A stretch of DNA of 64,000 nt, taken from NCBI RefSeq assembly GCF_001194135.2, contig NC_068983.1:143733621-143797620 (forward strand), in the 5' to 3' direction. The stretch's first letter is position 1; each line of letters opens with the position of its first letter. Source of the DNA: Octopus bimaculoides (lineage: Eukaryota). The position numbers and the translations under genes were made by a program. A model generated the notes under the pieces. The model did not search any database. It had not been told where the DNA came from and saw only the letters and a list, made by a program, of their open reading frames with translations. Below are positions 51,901 to 63,950 of the stretch, piece after piece.

Positions 51901-52326
51901 NNNNNNNNNNNNNNNNNNNNNNNNNNNNNNNNNNNNNNNNNNNNNNNNNNNNNNNNNNNNNNNNNNNNNNNNNNNNNNNNNNNNNNNNNNNNNNNNNNNN
52001 NNNNNNNNNNNNNNNNNNNNNNNNNNNNNNNNNNNNNNNNNNNNNNNNNNNNNNNNNNNNNNNNNNNNNNNNNNNNNNNNNNNNNNNNNNNNNNNNNNNN
52101 NNNNNNNNNNNNNNNNNNNNNNNNNNNNNNNNNNNNNNNNNNNNNNNNNNNNNNNNNNNNNNNNNNNNNNNNNNNNNNNNNNNNNNNNNNNNNNNNNNNN
52201 NNNNNNNNNNNNNNNNNNNNNNNNNNNNNNNNNNNNNNNNNNNNNNNNNNNNNNNNNNNNNNNNNNNNNNNNNNNNNNNNNNNNNNNNNNNNNNNNNNNN
52301 NNNNNNNNNNNNNNNNNNNNNNNNNN

Positions 52327-52364
<38 letters not shown>

Positions 52365-52374
52365 GACAACAGAG

Positions 52375-52985
52375 TGACAGAATTGGTAGAACATAGGACA
52401 AAAAGTCCAGCAGTATTTAGGTAGATCTCTTTGTATCTGAAACTCAAACCCTGTCAAGTTTGATTTTGCCTTCCATTTTTCTGGCATTAATATAAGTACC
52501 AGTTGGGTACTGGGGTTGATTTGACTGTACCCTCTCTCCAAATGTGTGGCCTTGTGCCTATGTTAGTAATAAAAATTATTATTAAAAAAGGCAGTAGACT
52601 AGCAGAAACAGTAGTACTAGACTATGTAAATACCTCACAGTTTTTAGTTATATTGTATGTTCTGTGTTCAGTTACTGCCAGTTTACTTTGCTGGGGTTAA
52701 TGTTTGTACCAGTCATATTCATGATTTGATTCAGTCAGCTACAAACCTTTCTTGTGCCAATACCAGTGATTCATATTAGAAAAGTGCTAGAAATGGTAGA
52801 TCATCAGCTAAATATCTTTGCACATCTAGTTCCATCCCTGTTTTGAGTTCAGATCCTGCTGATGTTGACTTTGTATCTCATCCCTTCACAGTCAATAAAT
52901 AAAGTGCTATCTGGCATGCAGAAGAGTCGATTCATTTGACAATACTCCTCCAGTGAAACTGTGGTCTTGTGCCAATCTGTGGAAT
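52375..52985 (+). mobile_element. Two decayed family B SINE copies (about 52375-52570 and 52780-52985)
   Basis: Both contain the gagttca/aaactcaaa..ttgactttg..tcatc..ataa..agt core and the ggccttgtgcc tail. Confidence 0.55.
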
Positions 52986-53240
52986 TCATATATCATTATT
53001 ATTACTCAATATTTAGTAGTGACTTGATAGAATTAAGATGTCGACAATACACTACACAGAGAACATAGTGTAAAATGATTTCTAACTCAAGACATCTATT
53101 TTGCATTTGTTACTATAATTTGGTTTTTTAATGTACTAGGATGTATTTGATTAAATATACTCTGATCTTTCCATTATTTCTCTATTTTCCCTTCCATCTT
53201 TCATTATCTCTCATCATAATTTTCAATATTCATGACTACT

Positions 53241-53326
53241 ATATACGTGTATAAAATTTTCCCAATATACTTGTATAAAAATTTCCCAATATACTTGTAT
53301 AAAATTTTCTCAATATACATGTATAA
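53241..53326. repeat. Imperfect 24-bp minisatellite, about 3.6 copies
   Basis: Unit atatac(g/t/a)tgtataaaa(t/a)tttc(c/t)ca at 53241, 53265, 53289 and 53313. Confidence 0.9.
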
Positions 53327-54260
53327 CATTTTATCTTTGGATTTTGTGTACACAACTGTTTGTGTTCTGTTTGAGAGATACTTTGTGTCTGAATAATTTT
53401 ATGTTGAACATAAATGTAGAAATTCCAACATGGCACATTTTAAAGCTCTCTCCCTCTCCCTACCATCCCTGCTATTCTCTCTCTTGTACTTGAATGATTT
53501 TTATTTCTTACAATTCTACAGGCTTTTATAACAGTAACAATTAAAAACAAGCTGCAATACCCCAGTAGACAAAAAACAAACAAAAAACCCCAAAATAACA
53601 TGCCCACCCCCATAAAAGAAAATATAAATTACACTTTTTAAAAAAAAATTATTCAGAACTATGTGATTTGGTGCTTCTTTTAACTCTGACCATAACCTAT
53701 GTCCAAAACAAATGTATAAAAGCAAAATTCTACGTGGACATAAATAAAAGCCCAACAAAACTAAAACTTATTTTCACCATTAACAAATAGTAGATTATGT
53801 TTTGAATAAACAAAATTTTGATAGCTGTTTCTTTTTATCTTTTAAGTTACAACTTTTTGTATATTTTTCTTTTAACGCTTTCCTTTCTTATTTGGCTTTT
53901 TTTTTCTTTTAATGCTTTTTCTGTTATAATTTATTATTGTAATTGGCACTGAGGTTTAAGTTGTAAGATATTTGACATTGGTACTTTGTTAGCTTCTCTG
54001 ATCAACCAAGTACCATTCACATCATTGGGTGGTGGGCTCAGAAATATGACTTTTTCCACTTTGACAAATGAATGATGTTTTGTCAGAGAGACTATTTTTG
54101 GCAGGTGCCAGAGTATTGTTATAAGATCTTCAGGACTTCATTCCATACCTTGGTTTTGATTTCCATTTGTATGTAATCTAATTTGTTAATGACCTTGGGA
54201 AAGGCATGAACATCACATTTTATCATTTTCTATTCATTTATTGCCCATGCCTAATTTGGA

Positions 54261-54291
<31 letters not shown>

Positions 54292-56201
54292 TTTTTCCTT
54301 TCTAATTATGAGGTCATTTTATAATTGTTGTAGCACCTACTTCTTTTCTTTTCACATTCCTTTGAGGCCATTTATTTACTTTTTGAAACAAACATGCCTG
54401 CACACATACATACACAACATACACACATACATACACTGATTCACACATATTTATATGGACATAAAGACATACACTATATATATATATATNNNNNNNNNNN
54501 NNNNNNNNNNNNNNNNNNNNNNNNNNNNNNNNNNNNNNNNNNNNNNNNNNNNNNNNNNNNNNNNNNNNNNNNNNNNNNNNNNNNNNNNNNNNNNNNNNNN
54601 NNNNNNNNNNNNNNNNNNNNNNNNNNNNNNNNNNNNNNNNNNNNNNNNNNNNNNNNNNNNNNNNNNNNNNNNNNNNNNNNNNNNNNNNNNNNNNNNNNNN
54701 NNNNNNNNNNNNNNNNNNNNNNNNNNNNNNNNNNNNNNNNNNNNNNNNNNNNNNNNNNNNNNNNTATATATGCCAACTTTTTAATCCACTGAAAGACAGT
54801 AGTGGTAACATCTATCTTTCTCACTTGACTTCTGTGAAGGACAAGCTAATAATAATAATGTATTGATAACTTTTGTATATCCCATGCCAAGTATTCCACT
54901 TGGAATTCTTGAAGAAATTAAACAAAAGGACATTTTTTTTGTTTTTTTTTTTGAGTGTATGTGGTATATATTTTGCATACCTTGTTGAATGAATCTTAAA
55001 TAAAAAAAAAATTACAAATGCTTTATTGAATTGTTTTTTTTCTTACATACATTGTTTTTGTATTTCTATTTTTTTTTACAGTTAAGTATACATAAGTGTA
55101 ATGCTGTATGAAATCTAAGCCGTGAATTTATAGTGACTGGGCAGGAATGAATTGAATTATGATTTGCTGGATATGAAGTGATGGTTATATTGACTGTAAG
55201 ATTGAGGTGTTTGGTTATTCCCCATATTGCCATGAGTTTGAGCATTACTAAGAATCCTGATGAATTCTTGAATGTGATAAGGTTTCCTGATGGGCAAAAC
55301 CAAATTCTAATACTATTTGATAGTTGAGTTCTTATCAGCTGGATGGATATCCTATTGTAAAAATAAGTGGCCCAATTAAAGCTCTTCCCTCTTCCAGTAG
55401 TATGGAAAATATAGGGCAAAATGGATGTAGGGAATTAATAACAGACCCTGCCATCTAATGACATAGCTATTACTTCCAGTATTTTTCACCTTGAGTTCTT
55501 TTCATTACCACAGTTTCCATAGAACCAAGATTTGCTACTCTGTGTCATGCTTGTGATCTTCCACTTTTCAGAATGCTACTGAATGCAATTTTGTTGCCTT
55601 GAAATCCACAAAACCTTTAATGATATTTGACACAATTACTTCTCACAAAGTCTTGCATTTGTGGGTTCCACCCATCTCTGGTATTTTACTTTGAAAATTT
55701 CTTATCAAACTCTTCTATCACATGTTTTGTAATTCTCTCAATCCACATTCTATTAACATTAGTGTTGCTCAGTTATATTTCTCATGCCCCCTTTTCTACA
55801 CATTGACCTACTTCCAGTTAAATACTGGTAATGCAAAGGCCCTCATCTTTACATATTCACTCATCTACATAAGACAGCACTTATGCAATTTATGGAAATT
55901 TGATTCTTCCTCCAGTGTTAAACAGTAACTACACATGAGAAATTAACCATACTGCATCTTTACATATGAACAGCTACTCACAACTAAAACATTCAAAAAC
56001 TATATGAATGCTAACCCTCACAATATATCTAAAATTCTTATGATTATCACGTATTTGTAACAAACTATGCCTCCTCAGAGACTAAATGTTCTCTTGAGAT
56101 ACAAGTAAACACCATATAGACTACTGCTAAGTCATCTAAAACAGAACTATTGCTAAGCAACTATTCCAGAATCCTTCTCCATCTCACTCTACCCTCTGAA
56201 G

Positions 56202-56511
56202 CAGCGTTTCTCAACCGGGGTTCTCCAGAGCCTTATGGTTCCTAGGGGTTCCGTGAGAAAGAGATAAGCTAATGCTAATATTACTATACATGCACAACAT
56301 ATTAGTTGTAATATAGACATCGTCTTGTGAAATCTATTATATTATTTTAAAAAAATATAATAATCGTATATATATATATATATATATATAAATATATATA
56401 TGATATTTACCATGTGAAAGATAGGGTATATAATATTTTTTGTACAGTTGTTCCTTGAGACATGTAATTTATTTTAAGGGTTACACAAGGGTAAAAAAGT
56501 TGAGAAAACTG
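56202..56511. mobile_element. hAT MITE with internal (TA)n
   Basis: TIRs cagcgtttctcaacc / agttgagaaaactg; 8-bp TSD ctctgaag (56194-56201) / ctctaaag (56512-56519). Confidence 0.85.
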
Positions 56512-56534
56512 CTCTAAAGGCTATCCAACAACAA

Positions 56535-57121
56535 ATCATCATCATCATCGTTTAAGGTCTGCTTTCCATGCTAGCATGGGTTGGACGATTTGACTGAGGA
56601 CTGGCAAATCAGGTGGCTGCATCAGGTTCCAATCTGATCTGGCAGAGTTTATACAGCTGGATGCCCTCCCTAACACCAACCACTCCGAGAGTGTAGTGGG
56701 TACTTTTACATGCCACCAGCACGAGGGCCAGTCAGGCAGTACTGGCAACGGCACGCTCAAATAGTGTTTTTATGTGCCACCTGCACAGGAGCCAGTCCAG
56801 TGGCACTGGCAACGACCTTGCTCGAATGTTTTTTTTCATGTGCCAGTAAGGCGATGCTGGTAACGATCTCGCTCAAATGGTGCTTTTTATGTGCCACCAG
56901 CACGGAAGACAGACAGCTGCTCTGGCAATGATCACACGCGGATGGTGCTCTTAGCGCTCCACTGGCGCGAGTGCCAGTCATCGAATTTGGTTCGATTTCA
57001 CTTGCCTCAACAAGTCTTTGCAAACAGAGTTTAGTGTCCAATGAAGGAAAGGTATGCATAAGTGGGCTGGTTACACCCCTGGCATAGGCCATGGGTTATG
57101 GTCTCACTTGGCTTGCCAGGT
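56535..57121 (-). mobile_element. RTE LINE copy covering the whole 3' UTR up to the ORF stop
   Basis: (CAT)n tail; ends at tcacttggcttgccagg, which corresponds to the RQAK* terminus of the 24795 copy. Confidence 0.85.
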
Positions 57122-57764
57122 CACTCCCAGAAATGCACTCAATACCTTACCTTTGTCTTTTCTATCATTATTACAACAGTTCATTTGAACTTGCAAGTTG
57201 TGTTTTAATGTAATTAACTTGCTACATTTTGTCATCCTATATGTCTTATCTTAAATTCCCCCAAACTGTTATCGTTAGGCATGTTTTTTTCTTGAGTTTC
57301 TTTCCTGGCCCTGTTCCCCCTGTCCTTTAAAGCTATCATTCTGTTCAAATTCAAACTGAGCCTTAAACATGATGTCTGGCAACAAGCTGAAAGAGAAGAG
57401 GGATGATTGGGCATAGCTGTTTGGCATGGCTGTTTGGACACTAACTTTGTTTTAGTGGTACTTTTTTTAAAATTTATTTGGCAGACATTTTGATGCTAAA
57501 AGCAAATACACAGTCACATGCATGGATACATGTAAACAGAAAGAGATTGAGATGTTACACATAACTACACATACAATGAGAAACTTTAAAAATTGATTGA
57601 GAAAATTGCCTGATTGATACAGACATCCTCTCTTCACGTAGACAAAAAGAAAAAGAAGAGCATGCACACACAGACAGACAGACAGACAGACAAATGACTT
57701 TGTTAAAATGGAATTATCTCATATATGAAAGCAATAAAAAGTGAAAGATAATGTTATTAAAAAA

Positions 57765-57933
57765 AAGCACCCACTACACTCTTGGAGTGGGTTGGCGTTA
57801 GGAAGGGCATCCAACTGTAGAAACCTTGCCAGATCAGATTGGAGCCTGGTGCAGCCATTTGGTTTGCCAGTCCTCAGTCAAATCGTCCAACCCATGCTAG
57901 CATGGAAAGCGGGCGTTAAACGATGATGATGAT
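57765..57933 (+). mobile_element. Young RTE 3' UTR copy, sense orientation
   Basis: aaaagcacccactacactc...gttggcgttaggaagggcatcc...catgctagcatggaaagcgggcgttaaacgatgatgatgat. Confidence 0.88.
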
Positions 57934-58559
57934 CAAAAATGATTACTATGCTGATTTATTGAAAATATAACTAATCAGTTCTTTATTTGATAATTATGAG
58001 CAATGCTCCTCCAGAAGTTGGTTATGTAGAACAGAGACAATATTTTCTTGGTATCAGAATGTTTAGGGACAAAATGTTCAATCCAAATAGATTCAATAAC
58101 TGAATCAGCAAGGCTTAATGAACAGTGTCAGATAAGCTACACCAAATCATCCCTAACCTGCCTGGAAAGGACTGCTAGAGTTATGGGTTTTGTCATCTTC
58201 CTGGACTAAAATGTTAAAAAAAAAATGTTGAAAAATTGGTGTTGATTTATCATCATCATGTCCATCTTTCTGTACTTACATGGGTCAGATGGAAATTGTT
58301 GAGGCAGATTTTTTATGGCTTGATACCCTTTCTGTTGCCAATCCTCACATGTTTCAAAGCAAGATATTTCCCCATGGCCAGAACCTCTTTTCACAGAAGT
58401 TTTGAAATGAATGACACTGTTTGTATTATGGTGATACTTGTTCACAAATAATACTCAATATCAAGACAAGGAGATAAAAAAAAAAAAAAAACCCAAATGT
58501 GTGCAGATGGATAATGGTACACTTGCACTTAGTGATTCTGGAAAGAAAAAGCCATAGAA

Positions 58560-59330
58560 GTGTTACTATAAAACTTAGTCAGTGTAGAGAATGTATGAGA
58601 GAAGAGAATTTTCCCAACATGGACCCAACAGAGGGACCAGTTTTCCTGTTGACAGTATTATGATAAAGCAGTTAAGGATATGATGGCAAAGAAAGTTTCT
58701 GGTCCATCAGGAATCATTGCTGATATGCTTAAAATATCTGGTGGTCTAGGATATGGAATAGTTACTCATATAATTAATCAGGTTCTACAGGGAAAGTGTC
58801 ATACCTGATGACACCATTATAGTCAACAGTTACAAGAGAAAAGGAGATGCCTTAGATAGAAGTTATTAAAGAGGTATCAAATTGCTGACCTGGTCATGAA
58901 ATTTACACAATGAGTTATAGCCCAATTAATTAAGAATAAGATTAGATGAGATGAGATGCAGTTTTGTGCCTGTGAGGAATACTACTGATGTTCTCTTTCT
59001 AGTAAGACAGCTGCAAGAAGAATATTTAGCTAATCCATTATACTTGGCATTTGTTGATGTGGAGAGATCCTCTGTGTGATCTGGCAGCCTTTGAGCAAGC
59101 TAGGAGTTGACAGATAGCTTGTTAGAGACTTACAAGTCATGTCATGTGGAGTTGTCAGTTGAGTAAGAGTTAACTTCAAGTACAGTAACAAATTGTAAAG
59201 TGGTTGGTGTTAAGAAGGATATCCAACCAAAGAAACAATACTGGAAAATACATTGGAGCTCAATGCAGCCCTCCAGCTCATTGGAACCTGTCCATCCTAT
59301 GCCAGCACAGAAGATGGATGTTCAATAATG
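58560..59330 (+). pseudogene. Old RTE reverse-transcriptase fragment
   Basis: Remnants DKAVKDMMAKKVSGPSGIIADMLKISG, YKRKGDALDRSY*RGIKLL, TTDVLFLVRQLQEEYLA and LYLAFVDVE. Confidence 0.8.
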
Positions 59331-59394
59331 ATGATCATATGTGAGTGTGTTTAAATGTATGTTTATGTCTTTTGCTGTATACCAGTGAAGGATG

Positions 59395-59660
59395 AGGATG
59401 CATGGCCTAGTGGTTAAGGTTTTGCACACACAGTCACGAGATTGTAGGTTCGATTCATAAACCAGGTGGTGCATTATGTTCTTGAGCAAAACACTTCATC
59501 TCATGTTGCTCTACAACCACTTTCATATCTGACATGGCACACTGTGCACCTGCACAGGTAATGTTGATTTGATGGAGGGAGTGAACTAATGTGCAGTACA
59601 AACATTTGATTATTATAAACAAATCATCTTTGCAGGTTGTCCAGTAAAAATTGCAGAACT
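59395..59660 (+). mobile_element. tRNA-derived SINE
   Basis: A box tggcctagtggtta, B box ggttcgattc, core ttcttgagcaaaacacttcatctcatgttgctc. Confidence 0.75.
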
Positions 59661-59924
59661 GTCTTTCTTGGCCATAAGAGACTACCATATCAATAGAGGA
59701 TATAATCATGTGGAAGAAAGTATTCTGTCAAGTTACTGACTTGGTTTCTCTTGCTGTGAGAAATTCATAGAACCAGTGATTGGTTGATAACCAATTGCAA
59801 TATAAAAGCAAAATAAATAACTCCATCCTGTGGTATTTGTTTATAGGTAAATGCATTGAGAATTTAGTATCACTGTCACAACTAAGTGCTTGTGACCCTT
59901 TGTATGTTTTCTATTTTATCAACT

Positions 59925-60290
59925 GGGCCATCCACGACCCTATACAGGAAAGAGTAAAGACCCCCTTCAGTCATGAAGGACCATGGGATTGCACCTAGAA
60001 AGTTCGTCTCTGAGTCATATGTCTGGGCAAAGTTGCTGTGGAAGACCAGTAGTTGCCCATGCATAACAGTCTCCCCATCTCCATGCCACCAATGATGTCC
60101 AAGGGAAAGCTGAAGTCTGATACAGCTTGGCACCAGTGATGTCACAATTCATTTTTACAGCTGAGTGAACTGGAACAATGTAAAATAAAGTGTCTTGCTC
60201 AAGAACACAGCACATCACCTGATCCAGGAATCGAACACACAACCTCACAATCATAAGCCTGGTGCTCTAACCACTGAGTCATGCACCTAT
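59925..60290 (-). mobile_element. tRNA-derived SINE
   Basis: The reverse complement has tgactcagtggttagagca...gtgttcgattcctgg and the same ttcttgagcaagacac..ttccagttcactcagctg core. Confidence 0.75.
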
Positions 60291-60684
60291 ACAGTATATA
60301 GATTCATAATATACATATACAATCCAGGAACAGACTCAGTTCACTATATCTTTAATTCATTTTATTACAATAAAACCATGGAGAGAGTAACATAAGTACT
60401 TAGGAAAAAAATGTCTGAATTTTCTGATTAGTGGAGTGTACATACAGTCAAAACAATACAACTGTTTTGAATTAAGATCCTGTTGGAATTGACTTTGTGT
60501 TTTCTCTTCTGTGGACAATAAGGTAGAATATACAATCATGTTGGGTTCAACTATTCTTTTGCCCCTCTCTCTACATAATAATAGTTTTGGGCAGCAGATA
60601 TTTCTGTATGAGGTACATCTTTATAGTAGCTCTCTGTATTTGATGATGTTGTTGTTTAGCACCAGGTCACAGTGAATTAAACAG

Positions 60685-60693
60685 ACCTATCTG

Positions 60694-60738
<45 letters not shown>

Positions 60739-60925
60739 TTGTCTGTCTGTCTGTCTATTTGCCTATCTATCTATCTATCTATCTGTCTGTCTGTCTATTT
60801 GTCTGTCTGTCTGTCTGTCTAANNNNNNNNNNTATTTGTCTGTCTGTCTATCTATCCATCCCTATGTCTGTCTTCTGTTTGCCTGTCTGTTTGTTTGCCT
60901 GTCTGTTTGTTTGCTTCTACCTACC
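60685..60925. repeat. (CTAT)n/(CTGT)n compound microsatellite
   Basis: Direct tetranucleotide repeats around a small gap. Confidence 0.9.
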
Positions 60926-61944
60926 TGTCTTTATGGCTATCATATTTTTTATGCTTGATATAGATGTTATTTCTGTAAGGAAATCTTAACAGCCACAAAA
61001 ACACTAACAGTCTGTTAAGTGTATGAATAATACATACTTTTAAGCAGCTCTTATATAATAACCTACTAAAGATGCTTACCATTTCTGAAGGTTGATTGTA
61101 CTCTTATGGTGCTTCTCTTTAGTTGTTTAGGCATCATCATCATCATCATCATCACTCACTTGATAGATCTATAATCAAATGTATTTCAACCATAACCGTC
61201 CTGTTCTACTTTCAGGCATCATATATTTGCAACTAGATAATAATGATGTGTTCTTCCATCCTTTTTTTTTAAGATGGTAACATTTAATTTGACTTTTGGC
61301 TGCTATTTCTTGCAGGTCTCAAGGCCTACTTATTGGTGGTTTTGTTTATTACTCTTACTGTATTCATGTTTGCTTGGAAACCTGTTTTTTTTTTTTTTTC
61401 AATTAAAATATGTCCTGNNNNNNNNNNNNNNNNNNNNNNNNNNNNNNNNNNNNNNNNNNNNNNNNNNNNNNNNNNNNNNNNNNNNNNNNNNNNNNNNNNN
61501 NNNNNNNNNNNNNNNNNNNNNNNNNNNNNNNNNNNNNNNNNNNNNNNNNNNNNNNNNNNNNNNNNNNNNNNNNNNNNNNNNNNNNNNNNNNNNNNNNNNN
61601 NNNNNNNNNNNNNNNNNNNNNNNNNNNNNNNNNNNNNNNNNNNNNNNNNNNNNNNNNNNNNNNNNNNNNNNNNNNNNNNNNNNNNNNNNNNNNNNNNNNN
61701 NNNNNNNNNNNNNNNNNNNNNNNNNTATATGGCCTAGAAAAAAACAAAAAAACATGAAGGTTAGGTGAAAGAACAACAATCAGAGTGTATTAAGTTTATG
61801 CTCAGGAAAAATAGAAGTATTTAATGTTTCAAACTTACGCTCTTCAACAGAAAGGATAGATGAGAGAGGAAAAAAATAGAGAAAAATAACATGATTGAAT
61901 AAAACACACACACACACACACACACACCACATGCATGCACACAC

Positions 61945-62150
61945 ATATCATCATCATCATCTAATGGCCTTCTTCCATGCTGGCTTGGGTTGGATGGTTT
62001 GACAGGAGCTAGCAAGCCAGAGACCAGCATCAGGTGACATTGTCTGCTTTGGTATGGTCCCTGTAGCTGGATGTTCTTCCTAACACCAACCACTTTATAG
62101 AGTACACTGGTTTTTATGTCCTTTTTACATGGCACCAACACCAGTTTGGT
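61945..62150 (-). mobile_element. RTE-type 3' UTR fragment
   Basis: (CAT)n ctaatggccttcttccatgctggcttgggttggatgg...gtagctggatgttcttcctaacaccaaccac. Confidence 0.65.
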
Positions 62151-62316
62151 CACCAAATAACTTGCGAGATGAAGACCTCTCACCTGAGAGAGGGAGTAGA
62201 ATCGAGGGAAGTGGCTTTGTGCCAGATGAGAGGTTAAAGTATAAGAGGGACAGAGATAGATGTCTTACTATAGAGGAGATACTTGACTACCCCAATTGGA
62301 AAAAAAGAAGAAGGGA

Positions 62317-62349
<33 letters not shown>

Positions 62350-62949
62350 AAGATAGACATTCAAAGTGAGAGAAGGAAATAAATGGTGTTGGAGATGCAT
62401 TGGGTCCTATCCATAGGGAACAGTGGTGGGGATATAAGTGGTACAGAATGGGATGCTCCATAAGAATGTGAGGGGAGATGTTTAGAGATAGAGAAGTGAT
62501 GTGTATAGCAAATGCTGAGAGAAATTGGAGTGGCTGGGATGGGGAGTATAGTAGATATGTGGGGGCATGGAGAGTGTGCAGATAGGCACATGAGGGAGAG
62601 TGGAGGGGCTTACCACTGGTGGTTATCATGGGTGGAGAGAAGCTGTGTTGTTTGGGAGTTTTGACTGAGGGCAAATCATGTATATGTGTATGTGAGAGGG
62701 GCATGGCTGTAAAGGACATGCTTGGATGGCCATGATTTTACTTAGCTTCATATGTCTTCTCAAGTACAGCAAATTGTCAGAAGTTTCAGTTCCTTGTCAT
62801 TTCCCTTGTGAGGCTCAACATCTGAAGATCATTTCTCACCGCTTTGTTCCACATCTCCCTGGGTCTATCTACAAATTCCCTTCACAATTAGAGATTGGCA
62901 CTTCTTTATGCAGCTGTCCTCATCTATATGCATAGATTCCTCATCTGTA

Positions 62950-63670
62950 TGCATACATTCCTAATATGCATTACATGAACATAACAGTGCAGTCTTCTCT
63001 CTTGTACACCACATTTGATGCTTCTTAAGCTTTTGCATCTCCTCTGCAGTCATAGCCCATGTTTCACTGCCATGTAGCATAGCTGACCATACACAGGCAT
63101 CATGCAGTCTGTATTTCACTCTGAAGGAGAGACCCTTTGTTAGCAACAAAGGTAATAGCTCTCTGAAATTTGCCCAGCTCATTCTTATTCTAGTCACTAT
63201 GCTTTCAGAGCATCCTCTTCCACTGCTAACTTTGTTGCCTAGGTAATGGAGGCTATCTATTACTTTTAAGGATCCCCTCAGATATTTGAGAAAGTCTATT
63301 TCCTGTACATTCTAAGTGTTTATTGTACAAGCACATTTGCCACATACAAAGACTACTCTCTCTGCTTCTTGTGATATCACTGCACCTCTTATGTATCTAT
63401 ACCTTTCACTGGGTACACCGCACAGAGTTTCTGTCTATACCTATTCTGCGTATTGAGCAGGGCCATCTCTCTGAAGAAGTTAGTTGTCTGCTTTCCTTTT
63501 TATCAGGACTTTGCTAAATTAATTCTTAGGCCTTTTGATTCCAGACTATGCTTCCACACCTGAAATTTCTTCTCTAATTCTAGTAGAGATTCAGCTATAA
63601 GAACAAGATCATTGACATAGAAGAGCTCCCAAGGGCAACCAGCCTTAAATTTCTCTGCTATATTGATCAG
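62950..63670 (-). pseudogene. RTE reverse-transcriptase fragment including a degenerate YADD motif
   Basis: Minus strand: GCPWELFYVNDLVLIAESLLELEKKFQVWKHSLESKGLRINLAK ... RIRMSWANFRELLPLLLTKGLSFRVK..AMLHGSETWAM. Confidence 0.88.
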
Positions 63671-63689
63671 ACCTCATATATATATATAG

Positions 63690-63950
63690 TCAACTTCCGG
63701 TACGGACGTGAAAAAACGGCGACGTCTCTCACTCTCTACTACGATCAATTACTGAAACACATATTTACGAAGTTCATAAATTTCAATATTCCGTACAAGA
63801 TAGTTTTTAACATGCTTTTATTTTTACGCTTTTGGGGCGTTCCATGTTCATCTCATATATTCTCTCTCTCTCTCTCTCTCTCTCTCATTCACACACTCCA
63901 GGTTTGATTTCGTTCTGAACTCGCACACTTCGTTAATTTCCGTAAATAAA
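63690..63950. promoter_or_regulatory. CpG-rich promoter-like region of a probable next gene
   Basis: Abrupt cluster of CpGs outside any recognised repeat; ETS-type motif ACTTCCGGT (CCGGAAGT on the minus strand) at 63693-63701; possible plus-strand donor CAG|GTTTGA at 63901. Confidence 0.5.

Larger units (their letters stand above)
55480..57370 (+). pseudogene. Highly decayed CR1/L2-group LINE RT region interrupted by younger elements
   Basis: Remnants VALKSTKP (ALDISKAFD-like), ENFLSNSSITCFV (SNFLSNRSI-like), INISVAQ (INAGVPQG-like) and, beyond the insertions, LCLFYHYYNS (SL.LFYRYY-like). Confidence 0.5.
15110..61725. other. Assembly gaps: 15110-15322, 25027-25082, 37414-38138, 51364-52326, 54490-54764, 60823-60832, 61418-61725
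   Basis: N runs, mostly bordered by (TA)n, poly-A or other simple repeats. Confidence 0.98.

Noticed and set aside
8490-55265. Other CTGATGA occurrences (e.g. about 8493, 21767, 30305, 51011, 55257) as hammerheads or C/D boxes
   Set aside because: None shows a helix II followed by GAAA, or a matching D box with a terminal stem.
60357-60539. Minus ORF with a good acceptor (ttattgtccacag)
   Set aside because: No homology recognised and no matching partner exon.
14995-61779. Long ORFs in the track that run through N gaps (e.g. 37299-38162, 51278-52541, 54314-54824, 61274-61779)
   Set aside because: Their length comes from X codons in assembly gaps.
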